Source of the DNA: an uncultured delta proteobacterium
Lineage (GTDB): Bacteria; Desulfobacterota; Binatia; UBA9968
Length of the DNA: 64,000 nucleotides
Reading direction: 5' to 3'
NCBI GenBank assembly: GCA_963737905.1
Contig: CAVTUQ010000002.1
Location: 512,001 to 576,000, forward strand
Part shown: piece after piece, positions 18,727 through 28,850 of the stretch
How the letters are laid out: the number at the start of each line of letters is the position of its first letter
How positions within the stretch are numbered: the stretch's first letter is position 1
Made by a program: the position numbers and the translations under genes
Notes under the pieces: model-generated
The model's database searches: none
Told to the model about the DNA's origin: nothing
What the model saw: the letters and a program-made list of their open reading frames with translations, nothing else

Positions 18727-19923
18727 TCAACTCGGATCGTCCTGGGTTTCTTGCCGAGCGGGCGCCGGCACGATGAGAACGCGAAGACCACTTTTTTCCT
18801 GGATTTCCTTGGCTATTTCCTGCGCTTCCAGCAACTCCGCGTAGGGGCCAACCCGCACTCGATAAGCTGTTTGGCCTCCCGTCAATGAAGTTTGCTCGAC
18901 AAACGCCTCAAAGCCGTTGGCGGAAAATTGTTTGATCAGAGACTCGGCGCGGCCACGCTCGCGAAACGCCCCTACCTGAAGAAGATAGCCATCGGATGAT
19001 TCCGACTTGCTATCCTCTTGTGGCCCAACGAACGCCGACATGCGCTCCGGGCGAACGCTGACCTGCTCGCTCATTGAGGTCTTGCCCGCGTGCTGGGCCT
19101 CCAAGGTTTGAAAATTATCGAACCCATATTCCAACAGTTTTTTGGTATCTCCCCACTGATCGCGAGCGCCAAGGATCGACACGATCAACGTCACGCCGTT
19201 GCGCGCCACGGCTCCGACAAAACACTTTTGTGCAGCGTAAGTATAGCCGGTCTTGCCACCGATAGCGCCATCAAAGTTCCACAGCAGACGATTGTGATTT
19301 CTAACCGAGATGCGCCGGGCGACGGTTTTCTTCCTGACGACGGAGTTGGACTTCACCGAGCTCATCTTGGTCTGGACGATCTCGCGAAAGGTAGCATTCT
19401 TCATCGCATATCGAAAAAGAATCGCGAGATCTTGAGCAGTGGAATAATGATCCGGAGCCGTAAGTCCATGGGGATTGGTGAAATGACTGTTCAGAGCACC
19501 GATATCATGGGCTTTTTTGGTCATAAGCTCGGCATAACGTTCGACCGAACCTGCTAAGCCCTCGGCCAACACCATGCTCGCATCGTTGGCGGAGGATAGC
19601 AGGATACCGTAGAGCAAATCGTCGATGGTGAGGGTTTGACCGGGTCGAAGATAGAGCTTGGATGCCGGCACGCGAGTCGCCGCTTTGGACACGGTGATTG
19701 ATTCGGTAAGCTTCCGCCCGCTTTCCAAAGCCACAATCGCGGTAACGATTTTGGTCGTGCTCGCCGGCGGTAGACGAAGATCCGAATCCTTTTGATAGAG
19801 AATTTTCCCCGTAGCCGCATCCATAAGAACAGCCGCGCGCGCAGTTAAATCCGCGTCAGGAGAAAAGGACCAAACCGAATAAGCGGGTAAAACTATCAGT
19901 AAAAAGGTTAGAATTGGACCCAT
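18727..19923 (-). CDS. D-alanyl-D-alanine carboxypeptidase (S11) with SPOR domain
   Basis: STTK, SAN, NPHGL, KTG; C-terminal LQVGAF...YRVRVGP. Confidence 0.92.
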   Translation of the reverse strand: MGPILTFLLIVLPAYSVWSFSPDADLTARAAVLMDAATGKILYQKDSDLRLPPASTTKIVTAIVALESGRKLTESITVSKAATRVPASKLYLRPGQTLTIDDLLYGILLSSANDASMVLAEGLAGSVERYAELMTKKAHDIGALNSHFTNPHGLTAPDHYSTAQDLAILFRYAMKNATFREIVQTKMSSVKSNSVVRKKTVARRISVRNHNRLLWNFDGAIGGKTGYTYAAQKCFVGAVARNGVTLIVSILGARDQWGDTKKLLEYGFDNFQTLEAQHAGKTSMSEQVSVRPERMSAFVGPQEDSKSESSDGYLLQVGAFRERGRAESLIKQFSANGFEAFVEQTSLTGGQTAYRVRVGPYAELLEAQEIAKEIQEKSGLRVLIVPAPARQETQDDPS

Positions 19924-20142
19924 GAAAAGGGGTTTACGAAGGTTCAGCTTTCCAGACCTCCTTGTTGCATGTTGCCCGCTGAAGCTTCACCCGCCTCAGA
20001 ACAGAGCCAGAATAAAACTGGTTTATATCATATTTCAGAATTATTGAATAGTCTGGAGCAGATGACCACGTGCTTTTTGATGGTGTTGCTAATAGTTAGA
20101 CGCCGTGAGGTCCGAAACCCGGGGTTGGTAATTTTGGCGGTT

Positions 20143-20322
20143 TTATTTCTTAGTTGGCCTGACCCCGTGCCTGGTTAATTCGCGATCGGCCTGGTCGCTG
20201 ATGCCGGCTTGCTCCCCCATGGCCTCCCTGCGAATACGATCCTGACAGGGTTCACAGATGCCGCCTTTGAGGACCGCCATCGCTTTTCCACAAATCATAC
20301 ATTTTTTCTTTTCTTCGTTCAT
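20143..20322 (-). CDS. 59-aa CxxC..CxxC zinc-ribbon-like protein (below the ORF-track cut-off)
   Basis: MNEEKKKCMICGKAMAVLKGGICEPCQDRIRREAMGEQ...; GGAG upstream; follows the OB-fold gene on the same strand. Confidence 0.65.
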   Translation of the reverse strand: MNEEKKKCMICGKAMAVLKGGICEPCQDRIRREAMGEQAGISDQADRELTRHGVRPTKK

Positions 20323-20351
20323 GGTCTGTTCTGCTCCAGTGCTTCACAGGT

Positions 20352-20885
20352 TTAATCCAGCATTTTGATTTGTGCGGGATTCTCCAGGATCAGCTCCAGT
20401 CCGTACTGCGGATGATCTTTAATTTCTCCTTGCAATTCAACCTCTTTGCCTTCGAAGGCCTTCGGTTGAAGTTTGTTTTTTTCAAACTGCTCCGTCGCCG
20501 ACGCAAAGATAACTGCGGTGAGAGCCTCACGAGAAGGACCAAAATTCAAGAAATAAGTGTTACTTTTGGCGGAATGGCCCACTCGGAAAACTCTGCCCCG
20601 GATACGCGCTTGATTTCCCGCCAGCCGACGAATTTTTTCCACCTCACGCGCCTGCACCAATGGAATATCCGCCTGGGTTTGAGAGGGTGGCGGCGTGGGC
20701 AGAAAGGTCACGCGAAAGCTCTGCGTCTCACCGTCAAGGCGGGACTCGGAACTTTTCCCATTCGTAGGATCCCTCTCAGTTTCCGAAAACGAGGGATTCC
20801 ACCGTTGATAGAGTCCACGTGCGACAAAACCGCTTAGAAATGCGACCAAGATACCGAACGCTATCGCGGGCGAGAAATGTTTCAC
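20352..20885 (-). CDS. Membrane-anchored OB-fold protein
   Basis: N-terminal hydrophobic helix; RGRV..V......YFLNFG......AVIF...GKEV...G.I....GLELIL..P.QI. Confidence 0.7.
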   Translation of the reverse strand: MKHFSPAIAFGILVAFLSGFVARGLYQRWNPSFSETERDPTNGKSSESRLDGETQSFRVTFLPTPPPSQTQADIPLVQAREVEKIRRLAGNQARIRGRVFRVGHSAKSNTYFLNFGPSREALTAVIFASATEQFEKNKLQPKAFEGKEVELQGEIKDHPQYGLELILENPAQIKMLD

Positions 20886-21424
20886 CCTTTTCTCTCCCAG
20901 AGCTGGAAAAAAACTTTGCGATATTCCTCTGCCAGTGGGCCGGCGTCGCGAAACAAAAGAAGGTTCTCATCATTCGAGTTGTCCGCGGAACGGGTCCAAT
21001 TGTAGGAACCCGTGAAGACTGTCTTTCGATCGATCACCGAAAACTTTTGGTGCATCAGCCCGGGTTCTCTCTCCGGCGCCGCCGGTTTCATTCCGGAGAT
21101 GCGCTTTAGGGGAATCTTTTGCCCCTCCAAAAATCTTGCCTGGGATTTTTCGTTCGCCGCGTCGAATTCTCGGTCTAACACGATCTGAACCGACACGCCG
21201 CGATTTTTCGCTTGCACCACCGCGCGCGCGATCTCGTCGCTGGTGAATGCGTACACCGCGATCAACAGTTCTTTTTGCGCTTTCTCTATCTCCCGAAGGA
21301 TATACGTAGAACATCTTCCTTGCGGGCTGAAACAAGTTTGCACCGCCATCTCGGCCCAGGAGGTAACAGCAAACCAGAGGAGGAGACAGCAACAGATCAC
21401 GAGTTCCCACTTCCTGCTGTTCAT
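20882..21424 (-). CDS. Single-domain phospholipase D/Nuc-like protein with signal peptide
   Basis: HQKFSVID (HxKxxxxD), TGSYNWT..A...NDENL. Confidence 0.88.
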   Translation of the reverse strand: MNSRKWELVICCCLLLWFAVTSWAEMAVQTCFSPQGRCSTYILREIEKAQKELLIAVYAFTSDEIARAVVQAKNRGVSVQIVLDREFDAANEKSQARFLEGQKIPLKRISGMKPAAPEREPGLMHQKFSVIDRKTVFTGSYNWTRSADNSNDENLLLFRDAGPLAEEYRKVFFQLWERKG

Positions 21425-22806
21425 ATCTCAACCCCGCGTTTGGCAAGCCTCTGGTCCTGTCGCGAGCTCAGACATATGCTGAGGACTAACTTTTCCATTA
21501 CGAGCCGGGGGTTGTTACCGGTGGATTTCAAACGGAGATCCGCATCGTGGATGCTGGCCAGACAAGCGCGCAATTCCATGGGAGAAAACTGATCCGCTCG
21601 CTGGAAGCACATATAATCCGCGTAGGGGTTTCGCGTCAGGAGTGGAGCTCCCTCCTTGAGGACGTGCTGCTGAAACTGTTGATAGCTCAACCCTCGCTTC
21701 CATTGCCCGCGCAGTTCCCCATCCAGCAACTGGCGCGCGGCCAACAGCCTTCGTACCTCGGCTGCGATGGTCCCCAGCAATTTCAGCGGATGTTCTCCCT
21801 GCGCCAAAAGACGCGCCAAATGGGCAAGCGCCGCCACGGCATTTTGCTCGGCAAGGGATCGCGTCAAATCGAAAACCCAACCCTCGCCTTGATCCGCAAA
21901 AATCGCATCCACATCCTGGGCCCGGATCGTGGGGTGGTCGTCCACGTAAAGAAACAGCTTTTCCAGCTCTTGTTGCAAGCCCCGCAGCTCATCCCCAGCG
22001 CGCAACAAGATCATTTCCCTGGCTTGAGGTTCGATTGTCTTTCCGGCTTGTCGGAGCTGCCGGTTGACAAACTCCGCAAGACTTTCCCGGCTCATTCTTC
22101 CGCTACGATCGCGCTCCATGACGAGCTGCAACACCGCGCCCATCTCTTCGAGACGTTTATAGAGACGGGTTCGACGATCAACCTGCACCGCTGTCATCAA
22201 GAGGAAATCCCACGGCGGCAATCCACGTTCGAGCATCTCTGCAAGCCTGTGTTCCTCCGAGCCCCGGCGCTGGCTTAGATCCATTCCCTGACTACGGGAA
22301 TAGGCCAAAAGGGCTTGGGTATCTTCCCGCGCCTCGGTTCCGTCGACTTCCAGAAGTTCATTGAGCGGTCCCGAAGCAGATGCAGATTGTGCCTGCTCCC
22401 ATTGCTCCCGCGTCCACCCCTCTACAACCAACAAATCCAGCAACAACCTAACGGCTTCGTCTTTCTTGCCTTCGCTCCAAGCCTGAAGAACCTTCTCCCC
22501 CAACTCTCCCTTTTGCTCGCGCGAAATGAAATAAGCGACGTTTTCAACCCATACCACCTTTTTGCCGGGGAAAAAGGGTGGCGTGTTCAATGAGGCTTCG
22601 ATTTGGTCCCAGGGCGCCGACCGACCGTCGAAGCGTTCGAGATTAAATCCCCGCTGATTTTCCGGAACCAGATTGTCGAGGAGAGTTTTTGAAGCCCCTT
22701 GCACTTGGAGATCGTCGCCAAAAAGGAGAAGCAACTGTGGACCCCTGTTGTTTTTAATATCGGCGACGATCTTTTCCAAATCTCGTTTCATGCTAAGCAG
22801 CGCCAA
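21421..22806 (-). CDS. holA: DNA polymerase III delta subunit with an internal insertion
   Basis: LLLFGDD, FNLERFDG, PFF..KKVV.V, QELEKL..Y, VFDL, DLRLKS......MEKL. Confidence 0.85.
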   Translation of the reverse strand: MALLSMKRDLEKIVADIKNNRGPQLLLLFGDDLQVQGASKTLLDNLVPENQRGFNLERFDGRSAPWDQIEASLNTPPFFPGKKVVWVENVAYFISREQKGELGEKVLQAWSEGKKDEAVRLLLDLLVVEGWTREQWEQAQSASASGPLNELLEVDGTEAREDTQALLAYSRSQGMDLSQRRGSEEHRLAEMLERGLPPWDFLLMTAVQVDRRTRLYKRLEEMGAVLQLVMERDRSGRMSRESLAEFVNRQLRQAGKTIEPQAREMILLRAGDELRGLQQELEKLFLYVDDHPTIRAQDVDAIFADQGEGWVFDLTRSLAEQNAVAALAHLARLLAQGEHPLKLLGTIAAEVRRLLAARQLLDGELRGQWKRGLSYQQFQQHVLKEGAPLLTRNPYADYMCFQRADQFSPMELRACLASIHDADLRLKSTGNNPRLVMEKLVLSICLSSRQDQRLAKRGVEI

Positions 22807-23105
22807 TTTTGCGGCTGTAAGCTACCGATTCTTGCTCGAAAGGCTTTTTCTCGCACGCTGCTAGCCCGGGATATTCATGCTCCGAAGAAAAATCACTACG
22901 GAATGTCGCCCGAGGAGCGAGCCTCGAAGAGCGCGGGCACAGAAGCGTAAAGCTGCGCCGACTTCTAAGGTGCTTGGCCATAAGTTGGCGTCTCGTTCTT
23001 GTCGTATGCTCCACTGCGTACGTTTGTAGGCCGCTTCCAGGTAGAGGCCCATTGCCCGCAACCGGAGAGGCTCTCGCCTCGGGTGTTGCCTGTGAGTAAA
23101 CCCTG

Positions 23106-23339
23106 CTAGTGTTTCGGCACCCACATCTGGTTTTTCTCACTCCAGGCATAATCCGATTTCCAGACTTTAAGACCGATAGTGTACTTCCCGCCAGACTTGG
23201 AAACAAAGACCCTCTCGCTGGAGTGCGGCACATCGACCCGTGCAACGACAAAGACTTTTTTTGAAATCCCTTTGTTGATCAGGATGCGATCTCCCTCCCG
23301 CATTGAAACCCGGGGTTCCCTGTTACCCTTGCCCTTCAT
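23106..23339 (-). CDS. Small basic hypothetical protein
   Basis: 77-aa ATG ORF with a protein-like composition; no family recognised. Confidence 0.45.
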   Translation of the reverse strand: MKGKGNREPRVSMREGDRILINKGISKKVFVVARVDVPHSSERVFVSKSGGKYTIGLKVWKSDYAWSEKNQMWVPKH

Positions 23340-23426
23340 GAGGAAAAGTTATCATTGCCCAATTTAGCAGGCAAATGCACGATGACTATCCAAACCAGCT
23401 CCACGGTATCTGCCTCATCGTTCTCC

Positions 23427-23496
23427 TATGGCGGATAGCTTATGGCCTATAGTTGAACGATACGAACCATACGCCATAAGCCATACGCCATAAGCA
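23427..23496. repeat. Heptamer-periodic palindromic element (CCATACG/CCATAAG)
   Basis: Inverted homolog at 62910-62980. Confidence 0.75.
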
Positions 23497-23679
23497 AGCT
23501 GCAAGCTTGACAATCAACCGACCCTCTCCTATAGCTGTCGCAGGAGAACAGTCATTTCCCAAAACTGGGGTCATTGATATTCACGCTCACCAAGTTCCCG
23601 TCGAGAGCTCAGCACCTGCAGACCGTCAGGGAGCGGTAGGTAGAGCATTCACGAAAACCTTTTCACCTCGGAGGAAAGA

Positions 23680-24624
23680 ATGCGGTTTATCACTTTCGGC
23701 CGGAAGAATCAGCAACGAATCGGCCTCATGGGCCCTCAAGATCAGATCATTGACGTGGCAGAGATAACCCGTCGCTACTTGAGGGGTGGCAATCCGCCTT
23801 ATCTGGGGAGTATGCAAGCCTTTATTGAGGCGGGCAGCAAAGCGCTCCAAGCTGCCAAAAAGGCAGAGAAATATGTAACGGAGAAAACTCCTGAGGAGCA
23901 AAGAAAACTCGCGCGCGCTACTGCGCTGCTGAAATCGAGCCAAGCAAAACTACTCGCTCCCATTCCCTGGCCGAGAAAAAACGTCGTGATGCTCGGCATT
24001 AATTACCGCGAGCATGTCGATGAAGGGGCAAGGGCGCGTTCGCTCGACATCAAGTACCCTGAATGGCCGGTCTACTTCACCAAACCAGCCACGTCGGTGA
24101 TCGGTCACATGGGCAAGGTTGTCCATCACAAGGTCACCGATAAACTGGACTGGGAAATCGAATTGGCCATCGTTGTGGGAAAAAAAGGTCGGGACATTTC
24201 CAAAGACAAAGCCTACGACTACGTGTTTGGTTACACGATATGCCTCGATATGACCGCTCGCGAGCTCCAACGTCAACACGGACAGTGGTTCAAAGGAAAA
24301 TCGCTGGATACTTTCTGTCCGTTAGGCCCATGGATCGTCCATAAGAGCGCCTTGTCGGATCCCCAGCAGGTGCGACTTGTCTGCCGGGTTAACGGTGAAG
24401 TCATGCAGGACGGCAACACCCGCGACATGATCTTTGATATCCCGACGATCATTGAAAGCTTATCGAGCGGTCTCACATTGGAGCCCGGCGATATCATCAG
24501 CACCGGCACTCCTTCCGGCGTTGGTTTTGCTCGCGTGCCACCCGTATATCTAAAGCCCGGCGACAGAGTAGAAGGTGAAGTGGAAGGCATTGGCATTCTC
24601 CAGGTGGAGATCGTCGAGCCGTAG
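23680..24624 (+). CDS. Fumarylacetoacetate hydrolase family protein
   Basis: GINY..H, F.KP, DWEIEL, GYT...D.TAR, KGKSLDTFCPLGP, GDII.TGTPSGVG. Confidence 0.93.
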   Translation: MRFITFGRKNQQRIGLMGPQDQIIDVAEITRRYLRGGNPPYLGSMQAFIEAGSKALQAAKKAEKYVTEKTPEEQRKLARATALLKSSQAKLLAPIPWPRKNVVMLGINYREHVDEGARARSLDIKYPEWPVYFTKPATSVIGHMGKVVHHKVTDKLDWEIELAIVVGKKGRDISKDKAYDYVFGYTICLDMTARELQRQHGQWFKGKSLDTFCPLGPWIVHKSALSDPQQVRLVCRVNGEVMQDGNTRDMIFDIPTIIESLSSGLTLEPGDIISTGTPSGVGFARVPPVYLKPGDRVEGEVEGIGILQVEIVEP

Positions 24625-24642
24625 CGCAAACATTCGAGGGTC

Positions 24643-25488
24643 ATGGACCGAATCAGATCTGCTGGGGTCGCCGGTTCATTCTATCCTTCAGAAGCAGAAG
24701 AACTTGGCAGACTCATCGACGAATGCTTCGAGTCGAGCCCGTTGGGACCTCAAGGTGCCAAGTCCCCCTCATCCTCTCTAATAGGAGGATTGGTTCCCCA
24801 CGCAGGCTACGTCTATTCTGGCCCTTGCGCGGCGCATTTCTATACGCTTCTCGACACCTCCATTCGCCGCGTCATTTTGTTTGGCGTCAACCATCAGGCC
24901 AGAGGCCATCGGGCGGCGCTGAGCCCAGCGGACTTTTGGCAGACGCCGCTGGGTACGGTTAGGATCGATCAAGATTTAAACTATCTGCTGCAAGACGCAG
25001 TCCGTTTTCTGAAGCAGGATGAAGCCGCTCACGCCCGCGAGCATAGCATCGAGGTCCAGCTGCCTTTTTTGCAACGTAGCCTGGGCGACTTCTCCTTGGT
25101 TCCGATTTCACTCGCCCATATCTCCCTAGAAGAATGCATCGAGCTCGGAACGGCCGTCGCAGATCTTTTGCGAAACAATAAACAGCCGGGAAGCAGGACC
25201 GTCGTGATGGCAAGCAGCGATCTCAGCCACTATCTCTCACCCAAAGAGACCGATGAATTGGACGGCATTGCTCTCGAGCAAGTACGGGCATTGAACGCTC
25301 GTGCATTGATCGAGGCCGCCGAGCGGGAAAATATCACCATGTGTGGCTTGCTTCCGACGGCTGTATTGCTTTTTGCCGCCAACCTCCTCGACGTGAGACA
25401 AGCACGCCTACTCAAGCATTGCCATTCCGGTGACGTAACTCCCATGCGTAAGGTCGTCGGCTACGCCAGCGTAGCACTCGAGTTGTAA
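24643..25488 (+). CDS. amrB: AmmeMemoRadiSam system protein B (MEMO1 family)
   Basis: AGSFYP, PHAGYVYSG, EHSIEVQLPFL, ASSDLSHY, MCG, VVGYAS. Confidence 0.92.
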   Translation: MDRIRSAGVAGSFYPSEAEELGRLIDECFESSPLGPQGAKSPSSSLIGGLVPHAGYVYSGPCAAHFYTLLDTSIRRVILFGVNHQARGHRAALSPADFWQTPLGTVRIDQDLNYLLQDAVRFLKQDEAAHAREHSIEVQLPFLQRSLGDFSLVPISLAHISLEECIELGTAVADLLRNNKQPGSRTVVMASSDLSHYLSPKETDELDGIALEQVRALNARALIEAAERENITMCGLLPTAVLLFAANLLDVRQARLLKHCHSGDVTPMRKVVGYASVALEL

Positions 25489-25534
25489 CGGCTAATTTGA
25501 CTTGACTCCGCCCCTTTGTTAAGAATCTTTAAAT

Positions 25535-25627
25535 GCTAGGGGTGTCTGCCTGAGGCGGACTGAGAGCCTGATGAATAATCAGGTAACCCTTCGAACCTGA
25601 TCCGGATAGCACCGGCGTAGGGAAGCG
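25535..25627 (+). promoter_or_regulatory. TPP riboswitch
   Basis: GGGGTG...CTGAGA...ACCCTTCGAACCTGATCCGGATAGCACCGGCGTAGGGAAG upstream of thiS. Confidence 0.95.
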
Positions 25628-25677
25628 TGAAAGTCACAGTCCCGCTAGCGCTCGGCAGCGCGATCGGGACGAGCTTG

Positions 25678-25730
25678 AAACCGTATTCCCTGGCCACCGT
25701 TAGGTGGTTACTGTGGAGACGGTTTTTTTT
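25678..25730 (+). terminator. Riboswitch expression-platform terminator
   Basis: AAACCGT...ACGGTTT stem with an inner hairpin, ending in a T8 run. Confidence 0.65.
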
Positions 25731-25736
25731 GTTTAC

Positions 25737-25937
25737 ATGAAAATTCGCGTCAACGGAGAAGATAAGGAGATCGCGGACGGGTTGAGCTTAGCTCGGCTAC
25801 TTGAAGAATGGCAGATCCGCCCCGGTCGGGTCGTGGTCGAACTCAATCGCGATATCGTTTCCCGTGACGCGCACGGTTCGACCCTCTTGAAGGAGGGAGA
25901 TGCCCTCGAGATCGTTCATTTTGTCGGCGGAGGATAA
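25737..25937 (+). CDS. thiS: Sulfur carrier protein ThiS
   Basis: MKIRVNGE...EIVHFVGGG. Confidence 0.95.
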   Translation: MKIRVNGEDKEIADGLSLARLLEEWQIRPGRVVVELNRDIVSRDAHGSTLLKEGDALEIVHFVGGG

Positions 25938-25947
25938 AGAATCCAAC

Positions 25948-26721
25948 ATGGAAGACGTACTAAGTTTAGCTGGTAGTAACTATCGTTCGCGGCTTATCGT
26001 CGGGACAGGGAAGTACAAAGATTTTCAGGAGACGAAAAAGGCCATCGAAGTCTCGGGCGCGGAGATCGTAACGGTGGCGGTGCGCCGCGTCAATATCACC
26101 GACCCCAACAAAGAGAATCTCCTCGACTACCTGGACCCCAAAAAACACACGATCCTCCCGAACACCGCGGGTTGCTACACGGCGGATGATGCGGTTCGGA
26201 CCTGTCGGCTGGCCCGCGAGGCGGGTGTCGGCAAAATGATCAAGTTGGAAGTCATCGGCGACGATAAGACTTTGTTCCCGGACATTCCGGCGACCCTGGA
26301 TGCTGCAAGAATACTCGTCAAGGAAGGATTCGTTGTTCTGCCCTACATTACCGACGACCCCATCACCGCAAAGAAGCTTCAGGACATTGGCTGTGCCGCC
26401 GTCATGCCGCTGGCAGCGCCTATCGGTTCCGGCCTTGGTATTCGCAACCCATTCAACATTCGTATCATCCTGGAACAGGCAACCGTGCCGGTTATTGTCG
26501 ATGCCGGCGTCGGGACCGCATCGGACGCTGCGATTGCCATGGAAATGGGTTGCGACGGTGTTTTGATGAATACCGCTATTGCCAGCGCGAAAAATCCGAT
26601 CCTGATGGCCGAAGCCATGCGCCTGGGCGTGGAATCCGGCCGAAAGGCTTTTTTGGCTGGACGCATACCAAAGAAACTTTACGCTACCGCTTCTAGCCCC
26701 TTGGAAGGGATATTGGGCTAA
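25948..26721 (+). CDS. thiG: Thiazole synthase
   Basis: [37 protein letters not shown]. Confidence 0.97.
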   Translation: MEDVLSLAGSNYRSRLIVGTGKYKDFQETKKAIEVSGAEIVTVAVRRVNITDPNKENLLDYLDPKKHTILPNTAGCYTADDAVRTCRLAREAGVGKMIKLEVIGDDKTLFPDIPATLDAARILVKEGFVVLPYITDDPITAKKLQDIGCAAVMPLAAPIGSGLGIRNPFNIRIILEQATVPVIVDAGVGTASDAAIAMEMGCDGVLMNTAIASAKNPILMAEAMRLGVESGRKAFLAGRIPKKLYATASSPLEGILG

Positions 26722-26731
26722 AGCTTCACGC

Positions 26732-27358
26732 GTGGGCCCAATTGATTTCGATCTCTACCTCGTAACCGACCGCAACCAAACAGGCGGCCGGGATCTTCTT
26801 TGGGTTCTGGAGCAGGCCCTCGACGGCGGCGTCAAAGCCATCCAGCTGAGAGAGAAAGACTTATCCGGCAGAGACTTGTTCCGGCTCGCGGAAAAGATTT
26901 GTAAACTCTGTCAGGCCTCCCATGCGGCTCTTTTCATTAACGACCGAGTCGACGTTGCTCTCGCCGTTGATGCCGCCGGCGTCCAGCTCAATAAGGCATC
27001 TCTTCCGGCGGCAACCGCGCGAACGTTACTAGGACCGCAAAAGATCATCGGTGTATCGACGCATTCGCTTCAAGAAGCCCAGGAAGCGGAACACGACGGG
27101 GCGGATTTTGTTTTGTTCGGTCCGGTTTATTTTACCGCTTCAAAGGCAGCCTACGGATCTCCTCAAGGCTTACCCGCTCTCAAAACAATAGTGGATAATA
27201 TTTCTTTACCCGTTTATGCTATAGGAGGCATCAAGTTGGAGAACATCGAGGCCACCAAGAAACTCGGTGTTCGGGGTGTGGCATTGATCTCCGCCATCGT
27301 GAGCGCGGAGAATCCAAAAAAGGCCGCTGAACAGATCCGGCGGCAACTACGAAACTGA
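26732..27358 (+). CDS. thiE: Thiamine-phosphate synthase
   Basis: QLREK, INDRVD, GVSTH, GPVYFTASK, AIGGI. Confidence 0.93.
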   Translation: MGPIDFDLYLVTDRNQTGGRDLLWVLEQALDGGVKAIQLREKDLSGRDLFRLAEKICKLCQASHAALFINDRVDVALAVDAAGVQLNKASLPAATARTLLGPQKIIGVSTHSLQEAQEAEHDGADFVLFGPVYFTASKAAYGSPQGLPALKTIVDNISLPVYAIGGIKLENIEATKKLGVRGVALISAIVSAENPKKAAEQIRRQLRN

Positions 27359-27362
27359 GCGT

Positions 27363-27668
27363 ATGCGTGAAACGGCACAGGTGGTTTTTTATTATCTGCT
27401 GGGCAATCCGGTTGTCTACCTTGGGGTTGCTTTTATCGCCGGCCTCGCCGCGAATAAAACCGTCGCCTACGAAGGGAGAGCCGGATTTATTCTCTACTTG
27501 CTGGTCGGGCTGTTTGGTTTATTCTTGAGTCAGTTCGTGATACTTTTCTTTGGACTGCAGGAATACCTGCACCAGCTGCCCGAGTTTCGCATCCTTTTCG
27601 ACTTCATCGCCGCTTACGTCGGCTCATTCCTCGTGGCGGCGATTATTCATTTCATCAAACCCATGTGA
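27363..27668 (+). CDS. Small membrane protein (three hydrophobic helices)
   Basis: Hydrophobic ORF 5 nt after thiE. Confidence 0.75.
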   Translation: MRETAQVVFYYLLGNPVVYLGVAFIAGLAANKTVAYEGRAGFILYLLVGLFGLFLSQFVILFFGLQEYLHQLPEFRILFDFIAAYVGSFLVAAIIHFIKPM

Positions 27669-27744
<76 letters not shown>

Positions 27745-27800
27745 AATTTTTCTAGACCTCTAGCCATTGGGGGTCAATGTATGGCTACGGCGTGGTCGTG

Positions 27801-28790
27801 TTAGGGGCGCAATTTTCCCACGGTTCTCAATTCTTGCTGTGCTAATTTCAATATGCGTTCATCAACTACTTTGTTGACCGTCATCTTTTTGTCGACAATG
27901 CCGCTGCGAATATCCTCTTCGAGCATAATTTGGATTCCCTCTTCGGCAACGGACAAATCAGCAGTGAAGCCCCGGGAGTATAGGTCGTAGGCTCTGCTCA
28001 CGATATCCGGATCTCCCCGAAGGCCTGCGTCATATCCGGCTTTGATGGCCTCTTGCTTATTGTTTCTCGCCAGTTGCATCCCCAGAATCTGAGCGGCGAG
28101 AAACCTTTTGGTCGTTTCGGGATATTTTTGCATCAATTCATCCCGGGCAACGATCACCGCTTGGGGAATACTGAGCGAATCACTCAAGTTAGCTATCAGG
28201 GGAAATCCCTTCTTCAGGAGATAGACAGCATCTTCGGGAGAAAAAGGCGCCGCAGCGATAATGCCCTTCTCCAATGCGGCAGCGCGCAAAGGAGTCGCTC
28301 CGATGGCACGGAGCACGACATCCTTGTCCGGATCGATCTTATTATTCTTTAAAAAAATTCTGGTTGCAAAATCGGAAAAAGCGCCAGCTCCGGTAACGCC
28401 GATTATTTTTCCTCTTAGATCCTCGACGTTTTTGCTCGCGCTGTTGCCAATGATTGTATAGTTCACTCGATTCGATATCGAGCCGATGATCGAAATATCC
28501 AACCCTCGGGCTCGTGTACGGAATACCGCCTGCGCACCCCCAATACTGCCGAAATCGGCATCGCCGGATATCAAAGCGGCCATGGCTGCCGGTCCGCCGC
28601 GAATGAAGACCGGCTCCACCGTCAGCCCCTGGGCTCTAAAATACCCCTTTGCCAAGGCCACTCGGAATGGCAGAGAGCTAGTCCATGTCTGACTGGTGAA
28701 TATGACGCGTATTTGCTTTTTTTCTTGCGCCTGAGCGCTGAGTGAACTAAAGACAGAAATAGCTAAGAGCAAGATATAAAGAAAGGTCAT
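27801..28790 (-). CDS. ABC substrate-binding protein (NMT1/TauA-like)
   Basis: Signal peptide; KGYF...GL.V, DLRGK.IGV, IDPDKDV. Confidence 0.87.
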   Translation of the reverse strand: MTFLYILLLAISVFSSLSAQAQEKKQIRVIFTSQTWTSSLPFRVALAKGYFRAQGLTVEPVFIRGGPAAMAALISGDADFGSIGGAQAVFRTRARGLDISIIGSISNRVNYTIIGNSASKNVEDLRGKIIGVTGAGAFSDFATRIFLKNNKIDPDKDVVLRAIGATPLRAAALEKGIIAAAPFSPEDAVYLLKKGFPLIANLSDSLSIPQAVIVARDELMQKYPETTKRFLAAQILGMQLARNNKQEAIKAGYDAGLRGDPDIVSRAYDLYSRGFTADLSVAEEGIQIMLEEDIRSGIVDKKMTVNKVVDERILKLAQQELRTVGKLRP

Positions 28791-28850
28791 TATTCGCAGG
28801 CCTCCTGGTCTCTATTTCTTCAACAGCCTCATCCAAGGGAGCGGTCAGGT

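Noticed and set aside
22810-23100. ncRNA or gene upstream of holA
   Set aside because: No 6S, SRP, tmRNA or RNase P signature recognised, and the overlapping ORFs have no motif support.
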